IMG/VR virus record: IMGVR_UViG_3300010354_000076
Coordinates: 3,198-67,197 of that record
Direction: 5' to 3' (one strand)
DNA: 64,000 nt
From: a virus
The notes under the pieces are model-generated. The model was not told the origin of the DNA. It saw only the letters and a list, made by a program, of their open reading frames with translations, and did not search any database. A program made the position numbers and the translations under genes. Below, one piece after another: positions 47,701 through 55,837 of the stretch (positions within the stretch are counted from its first letter, which is position 1; each line of letters begins with the position of its first letter).

Positions 47701-50124
47701 TAAATTATCATAAACATCTAAAAGAAAATTGTTAGTCAATGACGATGTTACAGTTTCTCTGTTAACCTTTTTTGTAATTGTTTCGTTTTTATATTCTCTA
47801 ACAACTGGCTGGATTGATATTTCATTTGCTTGTTCAACTGTTGTAAAATCGTATTTTTTAGATGTCCAACCGTTTTCAAAAGTAATTCTATCTAAGTCTT
47901 CAATAATTTTTAAAAAACCAATATCACTGTTTTTTCCCACTTGTGTTTCGCCTTCTTTATAGAAAAAATCAGGATCAGATAGTAAATTAAAATCGAAAAC
48001 TATATCACCAATATTATTAATATTTCTATACGACAGCGGAAACCCTAATATCGAATCATTTGCTCCTGTTCCTACGGCATAACTAAAAATTTTATTTCCA
48101 GAAAAATTTGAGCCTTGATAAAAACTTAAATCAGAATAGCTATACCCCTCTGCATCAAAAATATCAAACAACGGTGGTTGATTGACTTTAGTTTTTTCTT
48201 GAGCAGGTAGCCAATTAGTACCGTCATACCAATATGTTAACCCTTGATTCTTTGTTCCTCGATTTACACTAACAGTCTCGTATCTAATAGGATCATGATC
48301 ATTAGCAGGTGACAGATATATCTGATTCCTTGGTTGTGTATATGTTTCAAATTGATGAATACCGGTACTGGTGCTAGTAATATTAACTTTTTGTGATAGA
48401 TCAGCTCTAGCGTATAGTTGTATAGTAAATGTGTCAATTACATTAACATAATAAATTTGTCTATTTAATAATCCGCCAATTAGTGTGTTTCCTTCAGATG
48501 TGTAGACTATTCTAGTTCTTGTAGTTAAGTTATGACGTTCTGTAAAAGTGATTGTGTCATTGTCTGGATTAACTGCTGTTGCTGCGTCAAAAGATAAAGT
48601 TTTAACTGGAGGAGTTACAGTAATAAAATTTACATCATAAATTTTATTTTTAACTGTGATATCTGTATCGCCAGTAAACAATATTCTCATACCGTTGACG
48701 AGGTCAATACCGTCTACATTGTATCCTAAACTTCCCTCAATGGTGCTAAAAACATCTTTAGTAAAAGTATCAATTACATCTACACTTTTTTTAGATCTGT
48801 GTCCGTAATTAAAAAGTTTAATTCCTGAATGAAATTCAATAATTGGACGTTTAGCTCTCCCTGTTTGATCAAGTTCGGTGGTCCTTTTCATTATAGTGGC
48901 ACTAAGTTCAATAACATCTTTATGGAACCAGCGATTATATCTTGACCAAGGATTTAAGTCTGGACTACCTCTGTTAATTGTAATGTAGTCTTGATCTACG
49001 GGAAACGTACCAGTTTCACTAAATGGTAATCTATCAAAAGGCACATCGTCAAATAATAAACTAGTGTCTGCCGAATACGAAGATCTAATTTCAAGATCAG
49101 TTTCTGCAATTAGTTTAATAGCAGACCCTACTCCCTCAACATACCAATAACCAGTAGCATATTTTTCAGGTGTAACTTGACCTTTAAATTCTAGTTTCAT
49201 TCCATTGCTTAGTGCGATAGATTTTCCAGGGCCGTTTGGAATTTGATATGTTTTCTTTCCGATAATTTCGTTTTCTACATCAATGGCTGTATTTTCTTCT
49301 ATGTCTAATACATGAAAAACGCCACCAGTGTCAACAGCATTTTCACTTACATAGAATAAAACATTTGGGGCATCTTGAGGAACTGTAAAAGTTAACGTTC
49401 CTTTTTCTACAGCTACACTATCAACTTCTTTAGTATATCTGTCTAACGATCCAGCTGTTCTTAACTTTTTAATACTAAAAGGATGTCCTGGGGCATCAAT
49501 TTCAAACTTGTAAGTTTGGCCTCTAAATAATTTTACTTTAGGGTTTCTAGTTAAACCATTAGGTGTAAACAAATAAGCAACATTGTCTTCTTCATTAACT
49601 CCTTTAACAGTATAGGTACTAGTAATTTCTAATTGTTGTCCAAAAACTGAGATAGGCTCGGGGCCAAAAGGCATCCAGTAATATTGCTGGTAGTTAACAA
49701 ATTTGTCCCAGTCTATATGAGAATTCCAAGCATAGTATTCTTCTTTATTAATTCTAGCATGGTTGCTTGTAATGCCACCATTAGTGTTAATATGATTAAT
49801 ATGATCAATATAATCTTTAAAAAAAGTTACATTACCTAAATCATCTTGTATTACTGCACCTGGTTCAAATTGATAATCTTGTCTTATTTTTTCAGCTGCA
49901 TCAATATATACATCTGAAGTCTTAACTGCTTTTGCGGATTTTCTTCCTACAAAACCATTTAATTTTTTTACAGTGCCAGGCTGAATTAATTGATCTAACG
50001 TAGCTTGTAAAAACTTTTTGTTGTTATTTGTTCTAAAATAACGAGGCAAAAGATCAGAACTATTTCTTTTAAAAGACTTATTAGTTGGCAATTTTGGTTC
50101 GTCTTGACTGTTATCGAATGCCAT
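35779..50124 (-). CDS. Giant multidomain baseplate protein (gp7-like position)
   Basis: Follows the gp6-like gene. N-terminal LLPRYF...NKKFL.ATLDQL, FG-GAP-type beta-propeller repeats (FG.A.A.S.DG..L.V.AP), CBM-like W....Y..G.VV.Y...YY motifs, GxGY repeats, late KPYRTKIR motif. Confidence 0.7.
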   Translation of the reverse strand: MAFDNSQDEPKLPTNKSFKRNSSDLLPRYFRTNNNKKFLQATLDQLIQPGTVKKLNGFVGRKSAKAVKTSDVYIDAAEKIRQDYQFEPGAVIQDDLGNVTFFKDYIDHINHINTNGGITSNHARINKEEYYAWNSHIDWDKFVNYQQYYWMPFGPEPISVFGQQLEITSTYTVKGVNEEDNVAYLFTPNGLTRNPKVKLFRGQTYKFEIDAPGHPFSIKKLRTAGSLDRYTKEVDSVAVEKGTLTFTVPQDAPNVLFYVSENAVDTGGVFHVLDIEENTAIDVENEIIGKKTYQIPNGPGKSIALSNGMKLEFKGQVTPEKYATGYWYVEGVGSAIKLIAETDLEIRSSYSADTSLLFDDVPFDRLPFSETGTFPVDQDYITINRGSPDLNPWSRYNRWFHKDVIELSATIMKRTTELDQTGRAKRPIIEFHSGIKLFNYGHRSKKSVDVIDTFTKDVFSTIEGSLGYNVDGIDLVNGMRILFTGDTDITVKNKIYDVNFITVTPPVKTLSFDAATAVNPDNDTITFTERHNLTTRTRIVYTSEGNTLIGGLLNRQIYYVNVIDTFTIQLYARADLSQKVNITSTSTGIHQFETYTQPRNQIYLSPANDHDPIRYETVSVNRGTKNQGLTYWYDGTNWLPAQEKTKVNQPPLFDIFDAEGYSYSDLSFYQGSNFSGNKIFSYAVGTGANDSILGFPLSYRNINNIGDIVFDFNLLSDPDFFYKEGETQVGKNSDIGFLKIIEDLDRITFENGWTSKKYDFTTVEQANEISIQPVVREYKNETITKKVNRETVTSSLTNNFLLDVYDNLPLDIDLIVNVYLNGVRLHPSKYTIVQDINYRKVVLTQDITDLETVVTIETTADWPKNKKGFYKLPINLENNPLNNNIGQFTLGEVINHVDMITRLLPNFTGEYPGNGNLRDLGNISKYGRRFIQHVGPVNLSLYHLGDKSSNLFKGLEKASNDYGTFKRSFVNKLSDLGIDADPLVMVNEALRQMFESRPKATPYYLSDMLGYSAFNRIEHIVLDEDNKTYGMTRPFNLNSLSNKSVLIYHNGIQLLHGRDYVFNEENFFTILRPLQEDDILEVYEYDTTDGCFIPPTPSKLGMYPLYEPEIFIDDTYIANPISFRVPDVVPEVTKIVRIDKYNSVIEDYLIKIFVNGIQKEYDTDYTITEDSESAIIEFDTVLDKNSLIEIYIPDTKIRGHDGSSMFTFDDYRDQCILEFERRIFNNVKVKYDPTIFDIYEHIPGYSRSADYSVDEYNKILSRFFYQWTTNINQDYTKGYPLDLDNSFSFNYRDQFSPDNRPIPAFWRGIYYWMLDTDQPHMRPWECLGFSIKPLWWEDTYGPAPYTRDNLVMWDDIRTGTIREPGQPVYINPRFAKEILIQGAPVDEYGSLLSPLQAGYALGTLPLTEGYYQFGDCSPVEYAWRQSSFYPFAILQTILLMRPNDTIGRCIDRSRIIKNKVGQLVYKDTYKRLRLEDIKVPSVAEDEVEDRIYTAGLINYVVDYLTSKNTDRIKKYKNDLKKLTNKMTNRLGGYTNKEKYKILLDSKTPTSTGGVFVPEENYIVALNTSSAIKKVVYSGIIVTKYPDGFEIRGYDFDNPFFTVYPGRTVDRVFKVGGISESFVEWESSKLYVMGKVVRYNNVYYRTKITHTSDSDFDEDKFVRLAELPILGGREILIKSNFKKSDAYTLAYGVKLSTVQDVVDVILGYGAYLEEQGFVFDDFNNALGVITNWETSAKEFAFWSTQGWNEGSAISLSPASDKIIYKGSMVIVESLLDSFYGYNVYRVDGQKLDPEFIQVYRNENDFIIQPENTPYGIYGLTLYLVQKEHVVVIDNQTLFNDTIYDLEAGFHQERIKVVGYTSSNWNGGFEVRGFVYDQAKIQLWEPWIDYNLGDIVKHKEFYYAAKSKLIGVETFNSNDWVLLEDKPTSQLLPNWDYKVEQFTDFYDLDTDNLDAGQQKIAQHLIGYQKRQYLENIIQNDVSQYKFYQGMIIEKGTQNVLNKLFDVLSAADQESLTFDEEWAIRVGEYGAVDTYDEIELVLNEDEFKIEPQPLELVNSINVNANDFVYRQLPSDIYVKPKNNSLNVWPINESEQYLRSAGYVRADDVKFILDSSASITNLNIAEFKLGDYVWCGFEGRSWNVYRFSKSTYKIINAEYANPTKTVTLTLNKTTDISVGDIIGITGSEKLGGFAKITSVTENQIKFIKDVQAWQSFTDALTISLFEFTSQRSPTIDNANQYIPSLLKNNELLWTDKNENNKFAVYINNPAYRSSRIKTLEETRDHGEIATVSRLSNVATITTVFNHGLSPYDKVIISNCSNASFNTASVTVTITGPKTFTFNNSGPDVSTVAAIGIVQADINFGKAVAITGNGNVTAIADDLRVHIYKKATDSISWSLTDRIDEIATGLKFSRDGRWLALAHPEYNNDTGRIQMYLSLSSGEYNNEEIIESNIPTLGEKFGSAIALAKAPNAYILAVGVQNKVYIFQAIENVWSLESTISNAAAGFGTDVALSNDGQFLVVSAPDVNTISGEVYVYKYNGTNYSYLQTLSRNEPSDSERFGGSIAISSSGSYLAVGSPLMDLPRTQDAGQVFIYKFNGTNFGINPIQTISSPKREKVEKFGHKLEFMNDDSSLVVFALNGDIYQKATFDTYSQTIPNYPIIDYVGNPSTSNYVNDPQSPLKDQSTSFDSDSLSIVDIILDRGRVDVFDRFNENYIYGESLENVSTFKSGYGNQLAVGNNCVLVSAENEEDGVVINAGIVYSYVKPVNRRSWNILYEQVEKPNVKEIKKAYLYNRKTNSIVSYLDVVDPTQGKIPGVADQEIKFKTYFDPAIYSKGTSTVIVDDGSNWTKAQVGMLWWDLTTARFVESQAGDASYRARNWNSLFPFASIDVYEWVESTLLPSQWNKLADTEKGIAQGVSGQTRYGDDVYSINKQYDNISKTFKETYYYWVKNKTVLPRVEGRFISAFDVAQLISNPELYGYSCLAFTGANSLSFINCKKYLESSDVVLSVQFWTSTKKETNYHSQWKLLSSNRNTVIPEAIETKWFQSLIGKDANGSQVPDLRLPLKQRYGIEFRPLQSMFVNRIEALKQFIERVNSVLKGKLIVDDYDISDLNSFDPLPTNVTGLWDVQIDTDQELRFVSTTGILKPSMIPLIEKGRIKRIDILNPGQGFGKNRVYQVDINNDPILWYGPDINVTGAGRGAEIKTLIDQTGKIVDTIIINAGEGYKQDSTILTIRNYSVLVTSDTSNNNVWSIYTLDYETKLWSRIQSQSYDVRKFWKYIDWYSTYIDADTNIETQYNQFTKIDYLVENTNELLTTDIPINSIIKVKNVGSGGWMLVKKIKNAPLYTEDNYAVIGRENGTIKFLETLYVFSSNALGYDGPLFDSNSFDGSPDNELRIILNTIKNKIFTDELYVDYLNLFFAGVRYALHEQIFVDWAFKTSFIKSQHNVGELKQKVTYNNDNLQFFEDYIKEVKPYRTKIREFVSNYSSLEPSRSFVTDFDLIPIVNENFQIQNKNFEIDDSGNIFTNFGSINDASFADKYVAQRLGFKLLAIKIVDQGSGYVTAPVVTLENSRLTNQHEESDEIKLKAYIAKGKVNRIEIIGDGGPNWFKAPRVIFEGGLSPTGVAAKAVAIIGDPLLKSTLVKVKFDRVSGTYEITQLTENESFSGDIVSGSRTQFPLRWSPDINYGTSYVTVNGIPMLRSEYQLTTVTSTTKGFTSYSGLLTFREAPIKGSTITIEYNKNFDHLHAVDRINFFYNPTSGQIGKDPAQLMTGIDFGGVNITGVDFGVTYGWNAKGWGSEGWDNFNESFIDFVTYYNGTDYSFKLPYVPKVNQQINIYVSRYIPRAATYAALPPTSSVGDVRKTLDDGHVWEYNGVRWVDQGVYVGDYWEAVRIDDPNYQTINQTNESALMTTYVGDGEVDILTLPLTANLQQVEYPLASGNYYADRVIFRKLDSDGSYPLEQDSYDTQLSGGSFNGTTLLSATGLAPDDIILDGEEFISPANSGPEEFVPGHVLDTFAIKVYHRPSGGCPNIVFKNHIANGSDTDFLIGQYFPNERSVIVKVDNQIKTILADYSIDYQNNNIKFVLPPQQGSRVDILSMSFNSSNVLDIDNFVGNGETLEFITKAAWLPTLTATVLVNGMVPEYSLFSTDEEYTEELDQTWRSRVGIRFVEPPAVGAIITYIIDAGNLEQNASIVKSEEITYQTGIDSYELTNKVGESIPYDQNVLVKTGQTILRPPSANYFTMRDNQKIFTLRDYKYDLYSIDVSEIKVFVNHELLSYGADYHVNLKFDEVTYSIDSETVTLDNFGTGYTLGDTLDVAGGDIGVYGSPAKFEVTQINPVTGAIQLLDLISTGLYITPPSSPMGFTGGTGTGGTINASFITNEDPANITVTIDDARYIDNATIAIVVNTDADYLITSENGIKFLNTYPNGTKFEIISFYNHNVLGIERTVDDLIFNTSITAGTVEYHELSNKLGGTFTLRNTVTNSNFVWVIKNGELLVANIDYYLESDLITLKLKDYLYENDIVQIIAFTNTVVHDSFGYMQFKDMLNRTHYKRLNAAKATVLVTDLHQNDKDINVKDASVLDTPDPSRNTPGIIEINGERIEYFVKIGNTLSQLRRGTLGTGLPKYHAAESVVQGIGRSETIPYNDVQTVTSRTIITGDNGKVQLDFIPRVNEIEVFLGGRRLKKSEYSLYFNDVYPYSPEGDELQLPEFELDPSNTYGIQLNVLELEEKGWFRPGAKLVVVRKQGKLWNDLGKRLAKSDNLIANFLKNTPTVWPNKQLDKY

Positions 50125-53100
50125 TAGTTACTCCCTGCACTGGTTATGGATTGTTGATTTACTAAACGTTGCTTACTTTCAACTGCTCCGGCACTTTGAA
50201 TTTTTGAAGCTGTTATTGCTGATATAATTTCTATATCTTCTATGGATGCACCGTTAATGAACAATTGATCTTTTTCACTTCTAATTTCAAACAAGCTACC
50301 AAAAGATAAATCGCCTTGTTTAGGAACAATAATAAAATTAACAATGTTCGGTGCTAGTCTATTCATCACATAAGTTGACAATTCACTAAAATAGAAATTA
50401 TCTCCAAATTCCCAATTTTCTAAAGCAAAAAACTCGGCTATTGCTGTTAAAACTCTAGATTTAACATCATTGTCGCTGATTACTACTTCATCATTTTTAA
50501 CTACTTTAAATACAGCTCGAACATCTGCCGAAGCCTTATTACCAAATAAAACTTTATACTTCACAGGATGATATATAACTTCATCACTAATTGCTTTAAT
50601 CTTATTAAGATCTGGACTTAATAAGTTATACAAACTATCGCTGCTCGGTGGAAGAGGCTCATTAGTTCTTCCGCCAGATACCCATTGTCTATATTGGGTG
50701 TCGTATTCTCTCGTAAGAATATAGACATCAATTAAATTAGTAATACCAGGATCAATTCTTGCTTCGTAATCAGCATTATGAATATATTGAAATTTTAAAT
50801 TATCTCTACCATTATAGACTTTGTAATCTAAACTAACATCATAAGACAATCCAATGTTATATTGATACAGTAAGCCATCGTCGATAGAATAAAAATAATT
50901 ACCAGCTACTTTTTTAGCACTAGGCACTAACGATTCATTTTGAGCAATATAGACTAAATTATCATTTTTAATATATCTATAATCTTCTAAACCTTGATTG
51001 ATTGAATATTTTTCTAAAATAATATAACTGTCATTGGCTACTATTTCATCAAACAAGTTTGGATCGTCAACAACACCGTCGTCGTCTATATCACTAAAAG
51101 TAATTTCAATCTTTTTAGAATCAACATATCCATCTATGCCTTTATATTCTTCAAGAATTTCCCAATTTCTGTCAAAGGTAAATGGAGTAGTATTACCGGG
51201 TATAGACGGATCAATATTAATACTCAATATTTTTATTTGATCTTTGACCACAGTATTATTTCTTGTATCATAAATTTTATCACTTGAATCAAAAAAGAAT
51301 CTAATTTGTTTATCGCTTTCGAAGATATATCTAGAAAGACGAGAAGTAACTGTATAATTTTCTGTGTCAGTGGTAAACAATAATAACCAACTACGATCAA
51401 CTTTTTGATTTGTTATATCCCCTTGCCTACCTAAACTAAAAGCGCCATTAACATTTAAGTTACTTTCTAAAATAATCTTCCATGATCTAGTACTTGTATC
51501 ATATCTTAAACCAAACGGTTTATTATCAAAAATTAAATCAACCATCGATGACACTGTGTCAGTAGATAATGAAGTTTTCCACGCAGGAATTATTTCAGAC
51601 AATGTAGGTTGTAAAGTAGAAGTGCTTGGAACGATATCATTTAAAAGAACTGTGCCTGTTACACCGTCTGGCAATAGACCTGTTCCATTATTAGTTCCGT
51701 CTCCGTACACATTTACAACTTTACACCAAATAAAATTTGAAGAACCTGCTGGTAGAGGATTAGTACTTAAAGTAATTGCATTATTATTGTTTTTATCGAA
51801 ATGATATCCTGTAGGCGCTGTAAATTTTACCAGCGCTCCAACTGTAAAAAATCTTAAAAGACTAGAAGTGTATGTTCCTAACTTTTGAACAGTTAAAATG
51901 TTTGTGTCTTTGAGATATCCAGAACTTTGATTAGTATCTGTTGTTTGATTAAACCATTTAATACCTGGCAAGGTAAGTTCAATATTTTCTCTATTAAAGT
52001 TATCATAGTAAAAATGTTTTAAATTTAATTTTTTTAAAACATCAGTGACTTGATTATAGATCACAGCTTCAATGTCTGTTCTTGTTGAATAGTTAAATTT
52101 AAAACTGTCAGTGTATTCTTGTTTATAAACAATACCGTCATCGGCAAATAGATTTGTCTTACTATACTTTCCTGTTGGATCTACTAAATCAAAAAATCTG
52201 CTAATACCGCTAGCACTTCTATTAACTGCTTTAATTTTTGCTATTTCTTGATTTACACTTAAAGGACTAATATTATAATCCTCTGCGGTAATCATTCTGT
52301 TTTGAGTATAGTAAGTAGCAGGAGCTCTTGCTTTAATAGAATCGTTTGATTCAGTAGGTGAACTATTACTAACACTAGATTGTAAACTTAGAGTAATCGT
52401 TAAAGTTTCGGCCTGACCGGTACTGCTAATATAAGGAATATCAATTGTAACGTTTTTAATATCTCTAGGATTTATTGTATAATTAAGTCCATTACTAACT
52501 CTATAATATACTCTAAAATTTCCTAACGGTAAATTTCCAAAAACACCATCGCTAAAAATTAAACTGACTCTATCTTCTGCTCGGGTAACAACACCGTATA
52601 TATTTCTTATGCTTTTGTTAAGGCTGTTATAGATAATATTATTACCTTCGAAACTTGGTACTTGTGCCCAGTATTCTGATTCTAGTCCGTTTTGATCTAA
52701 TCTATATAACCATATATCAGAATTGTTAATGTTTACAGCATCCACATCAACTGTTTCATCTGTAGCAGGTTGTGAAATATTAAATGTTCCTTGATTTAAT
52801 AGACCTTCTTTAAACATTAAAAAGAATCCAGTATTAGAACTGTTATTGCCTTTACCGTCGTCTCTATAAACAAAACTCAATCTATTAGCAATACTAGGCG
52901 GCTCTTCATAAATTTCAGATTTGCCGCTAAATGATGTGCTTACAACTTCAAAGTTCATTTGTCTACCGTCAACTGTTTTATTAAAACTATAGATCGGAAC
53001 ATCATTATTGATCGCTTGGAATCTATACTGTTCGGTAGGAATTCCGTAAATGTTATCCTTTGCATCAGGATTTCCAAATTGCCTTCCGGAAGGCAGTGCT

Positions 53101-53585
53101 GAATTTAAAACTTTTATAAACTGGTCATACCAATTTAAATTAGCAGGATCATTCCAAATAACAGTTTGTCCGCTAAGATTTCTGCCGTTGCTATCATAAA
53201 CATTTTGAGTAGTTTGAATTGCTGCAAATTTTAACAATCCGCTGGCAGCTATGTTTCTTTTAGCTTTATAACTTAAAAGCCTAGATAATCTTAAAACGCT
53301 TTCTCTGCGTTCTGCTAATTCTAAAAAATTCTCACGAGCATTTAAATCAGCTCTAAAACTGATATTTTGTCCTAAGAACGCTATAAGATCAATTAACGCT
53401 AGATACTCAGAACTTTCAATATAGTCATTAAAATCTTCTGGATAATTTTCTCTGATGTAAGAAATCATAACACGACGAAGATTTTCAAAATCATAACTTT
53501 GAAAGTCGGCGTTACGAAAACTTTGATAAATTCGTTTCCAGTCTTCGGCTACTAATAATCTATTTTGACGGTCTGTTGCTGACAT
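50124..53585 (-). CDS. gp6: Baseplate wedge subunit (T4 gp6-like)
   Basis: YDFENLRR.MI.Y...FNDYIESSE...LID..A...ENFLELAERRESV, ES..SIK..AP..YYTQNRMITAEDY. Confidence 0.85.
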   Translation of the reverse strand: MSATDRQNRLLVAEDWKRIYQSFRNADFQSYDFENLRRVMISYIRENYPEDFNDYIESSEYLALIDLIAFLGQNISFRADLNARENFLELAERRESVLRLSRLLSYKAKRNIAASGLLKFAAIQTTQNVYDSNGRNLSGQTVIWNDPANLNWYDQFIKVLNSALPSGRQFGNPDAKDNIYGIPTEQYRFQAINNDVPIYSFNKTVDGRQMNFEVVSTSFSGKSEIYEEPPSIANRLSFVYRDDGKGNNSSNTGFFLMFKEGLLNQGTFNISQPATDETVDVDAVNINNSDIWLYRLDQNGLESEYWAQVPSFEGNNIIYNSLNKSIRNIYGVVTRAEDRVSLIFSDGVFGNLPLGNFRVYYRVSNGLNYTINPRDIKNVTIDIPYISSTGQAETLTITLSLQSSVSNSSPTESNDSIKARAPATYYTQNRMITAEDYNISPLSVNQEIAKIKAVNRSASGISRFFDLVDPTGKYSKTNLFADDGIVYKQEYTDSFKFNYSTRTDIEAVIYNQVTDVLKKLNLKHFYYDNFNRENIELTLPGIKWFNQTTDTNQSSGYLKDTNILTVQKLGTYTSSLLRFFTVGALVKFTAPTGYHFDKNNNNAITLSTNPLPAGSSNFIWCKVVNVYGDGTNNGTGLLPDGVTGTVLLNDIVPSTSTLQPTLSEIIPAWKTSLSTDTVSSMVDLIFDNKPFGLRYDTSTRSWKIILESNLNVNGAFSLGRQGDITNQKVDRSWLLLFTTDTENYTVTSRLSRYIFESDKQIRFFFDSSDKIYDTRNNTVVKDQIKILSINIDPSIPGNTTPFTFDRNWEILEEYKGIDGYVDSKKIEITFSDIDDDGVVDDPNLFDEIVANDSYIILEKYSINQGLEDYRYIKNDNLVYIAQNESLVPSAKKVAGNYFYSIDDGLLYQYNIGLSYDVSLDYKVYNGRDNLKFQYIHNADYEARIDPGITNLIDVYILTREYDTQYRQWVSGGRTNEPLPPSSDSLYNLLSPDLNKIKAISDEVIYHPVKYKVLFGNKASADVRAVFKVVKNDEVVISDNDVKSRVLTAIAEFFALENWEFGDNFYFSELSTYVMNRLAPNIVNFIIVPKQGDLSFGSLFEIRSEKDQLFINGASIEDIEIISAITASKIQSAGAVESKQRLVNQQSITSAGSN

Positions 53586-53606
53586 ATCTGCTTCCTATTA
53601 TACAGA

Positions 53607-53612
53607 TATTTA
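53607..53612 (-). promoter_or_regulatory. Candidate late promoter (ATAAATA)
   Basis: TAAATA lies 22 nt upstream of the gp6 ATG, followed by an AGGA SD. Confidence 0.55.
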
Positions 53613-53638
53613 TTGAAATTTATTAAGTGGGTAGTTTA

Positions 53639-54079
53639 TTAACCTAGTAGGCCGTTAGCTTGATCGAACCTAAAAGTTAATGCTTCTTGAATATTGTAGG
53701 GCAAATATGTTAATTCGCATTCAATTTGTATTCCGCTTTCGTAAGTAGTTACTGTTACATTATTAGCTATTACACGCGGATCATAGTTTACAATATCTTC
53801 AACATTTTTAATAATAACACTTTTTAAATCTTCTGTTAAAGGCTCAAACAAAACATCCCAAATTATAGTGCCAAACGTTGGATCACTTAATTTTTCACCT
53901 TGTCTTATGTGAAAATGATTTAGTAAATCCTGTTTAATTAAATTAAAATCATACAGGCCAACATTTTTAGATCCAGAAATAGTGCTAAAACCTTTGTATG
54001 TTTTAGCTCCGGGTACATTGCTTCTACCTGCTGGGCCCGGTACAACAATTTTATCATATAATCTTTGGCTTGCTGTCAT
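53639..54079 (-). CDS. gp25: Baseplate wedge subunit (T4 gp25 / gpW-like)
   Basis: LIKQDLLNHF.IRQGEK...PTFG..IWD.LFEP...YDPRV. Confidence 0.88.
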   Translation of the reverse strand: MTASQRLYDKIVVPGPAGRSNVPGAKTYKGFSTISGSKNVGLYDFNLIKQDLLNHFHIRQGEKLSDPTFGTIIWDVLFEPLTEDLKSVIIKNVEDIVNYDPRVIANNVTVTTYESGIQIECELTYLPYNIQEALTFRFDQANGLLG

Positions 54080-54089
54080 AGTTTAATAT

Positions 54090-55835
54090 TTATTCTTCAG
54101 CTTCTTGGCTATCATCGCCCTTAATTTTAGCAAACGTATCGGTAATTGTTGTATACTTTTTAAAATATTCAGGTGTTACAAGAATACTATCACTGTTTTC
54201 TTCGTACCTGCCATCAATATCGCGATCTAATTGATCAGGTTTAAATTGAACAGGATCTAAATTTTCGTGATGCGGCCACGGTTCGTGAATTGGTAGCCTA
54301 CGCATAATGGTCTGAACTAATTCACTGCCTTCTTGGTCTGGAACACTATGAGTTTTTAATGGTAATGGTAGCTCAGCTTGACTAGCAGTCGACGCGGCCT
54401 CAGCTTCAGCAGCTCCAGGTCCATTCATATGAATAGCACTAGCTGTTTCAATATGTTGCCCTCCGCTTTTTAGATTAGTAGAGCCGCCTGCTGTTAGATT
54501 ATTATCTCCGCCGCTGTTCATAGACATTCCGCCGCCGGAACTAATTTTACTGTCTCCGCCAACACTTATATCAAGATTGCCGCCAACAGTGTGAATATAG
54601 TTAGAATCAAAATTAATATTAACATCTCCTTGGACATGATGTAAAAATTCAGTATCATACGTTACATCAACTTTTTGTTTTACATGAATTTTTTGATTAC
54701 CGTCAATTATAATAATTTGATCTGCGCCAGTTTGAGTGTGCATTTCTTGCGCTACTTTAATGTTCAAATTTCTTCCAGCTTCAATGTTAATGTCTCTGTC
54801 AGCAAAAAAATTTAAATCTTGTTTAGTATGAACGCTAATACTATCTTCAGCAAAAATATCAATTTTGCCGTCGCTGCTTAGTTCTATCCACGCGGTTCCC
54901 CTAGCATTTCCAATATAAATTAAATCTTCTGAATTGTGTAATAGAATTTGATGTCCGGTTCTAGTACGCAATCTAATAAGTTCATTGTGTGGTATATGAA
55001 CATCACCTGTAGGTGTTTGTCCTTTTGACAACTGTTCTACTGCTTCATACTCAGGAGGTCCTTCGGAAGCATTAGTCATTCTAATAAATTTATCGTCACC
55101 GTCATCCATGACAAAAGTAGACCCAGGTAATCTACTAACAAAAGTACCTAGTGCTAGACTTTCTACTTTACCCTGACTTGACCGTTTACCTTTTTTATCT
55201 TCTGGGCCAGGAGTTGAAATACCAAACACTGACGACGGAACTTCTCTTCTAGCACTACTAGTAGTAATACCACGTATATCATCTTCAAGTAAACCTTGAT
55301 TGTCAAAAATTTCTTCTAGTGGACTAGCTGGCTTAGATATCATTGTAGTGTCGCCAGTTACATCTCTGGCTTTTTTGTTTATTTCAGCTACTGGTACACG
55401 TTCTTTGTCGGTCTTTTTGCTTTCTTCAGTAACGAATGATGTAGCAGCATGTCCTGGGACACTAAAATTCACTCCTTCATCTTGAATACAACCTATTACA
55501 TAGGTCTTTTTTGGATCTCCGTCAATAGAAACTACAATAACAAATGTGCCTACTGTGGGAGGTATTCCCCACATTCCAAAAGCTTTTTGAGTATTATCGT
55601 AATCATCAGGATCTTTACCGTTAAAATCAATGTTAGTATATCCAAAATACGGACTAGAATAATAAGCATATCGCAATTCAGTTGAACTAGCTGGATTATT
55701 ACCCACTTCTCGCATTATTTGTACTTGTAATCGACCCATGTAATCAGGATCCACATAACTAACAATTTTTGCTAAGTGGGGTCCTGGACTAACTTCTGGC
55801 TCAGTGCCTTGAGCATATCTAGTATCTTCTGACAT
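54090..55835 (-). CDS. gp5: Baseplate central spike (gp5 / VgrG-like OB-fold plus beta-helix)
   Basis: DPDYMGRLQV, PP.VGT.V.V, RTRTGHQILL, 8-residue beta-helix repeats, IHMNG. No lysozyme domain evident. Confidence 0.8.
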   Translation of the reverse strand: MSEDTRYAQGTEPEVSPGPHLAKIVSYVDPDYMGRLQVQIMREVGNNPASSTELRYAYYSSPYFGYTNIDFNGKDPDDYDNTQKAFGMWGIPPTVGTFVIVVSIDGDPKKTYVIGCIQDEGVNFSVPGHAATSFVTEESKKTDKERVPVAEINKKARDVTGDTTMISKPASPLEEIFDNQGLLEDDIRGITTSSARREVPSSVFGISTPGPEDKKGKRSSQGKVESLALGTFVSRLPGSTFVMDDGDDKFIRMTNASEGPPEYEAVEQLSKGQTPTGDVHIPHNELIRLRTRTGHQILLHNSEDLIYIGNARGTAWIELSSDGKIDIFAEDSISVHTKQDLNFFADRDINIEAGRNLNIKVAQEMHTQTGADQIIIIDGNQKIHVKQKVDVTYDTEFLHHVQGDVNINFDSNYIHTVGGNLDISVGGDSKISSGGGMSMNSGGDNNLTAGGSTNLKSGGQHIETASAIHMNGPGAAEAEAASTASQAELPLPLKTHSVPDQEGSELVQTIMRRLPIHEPWPHHENLDPVQFKPDQLDRDIDGRYEENSDSILVTPEYFKKYTTITDTFAKIKGDDSQEAEE

Positions 55836-55837
55836 AA

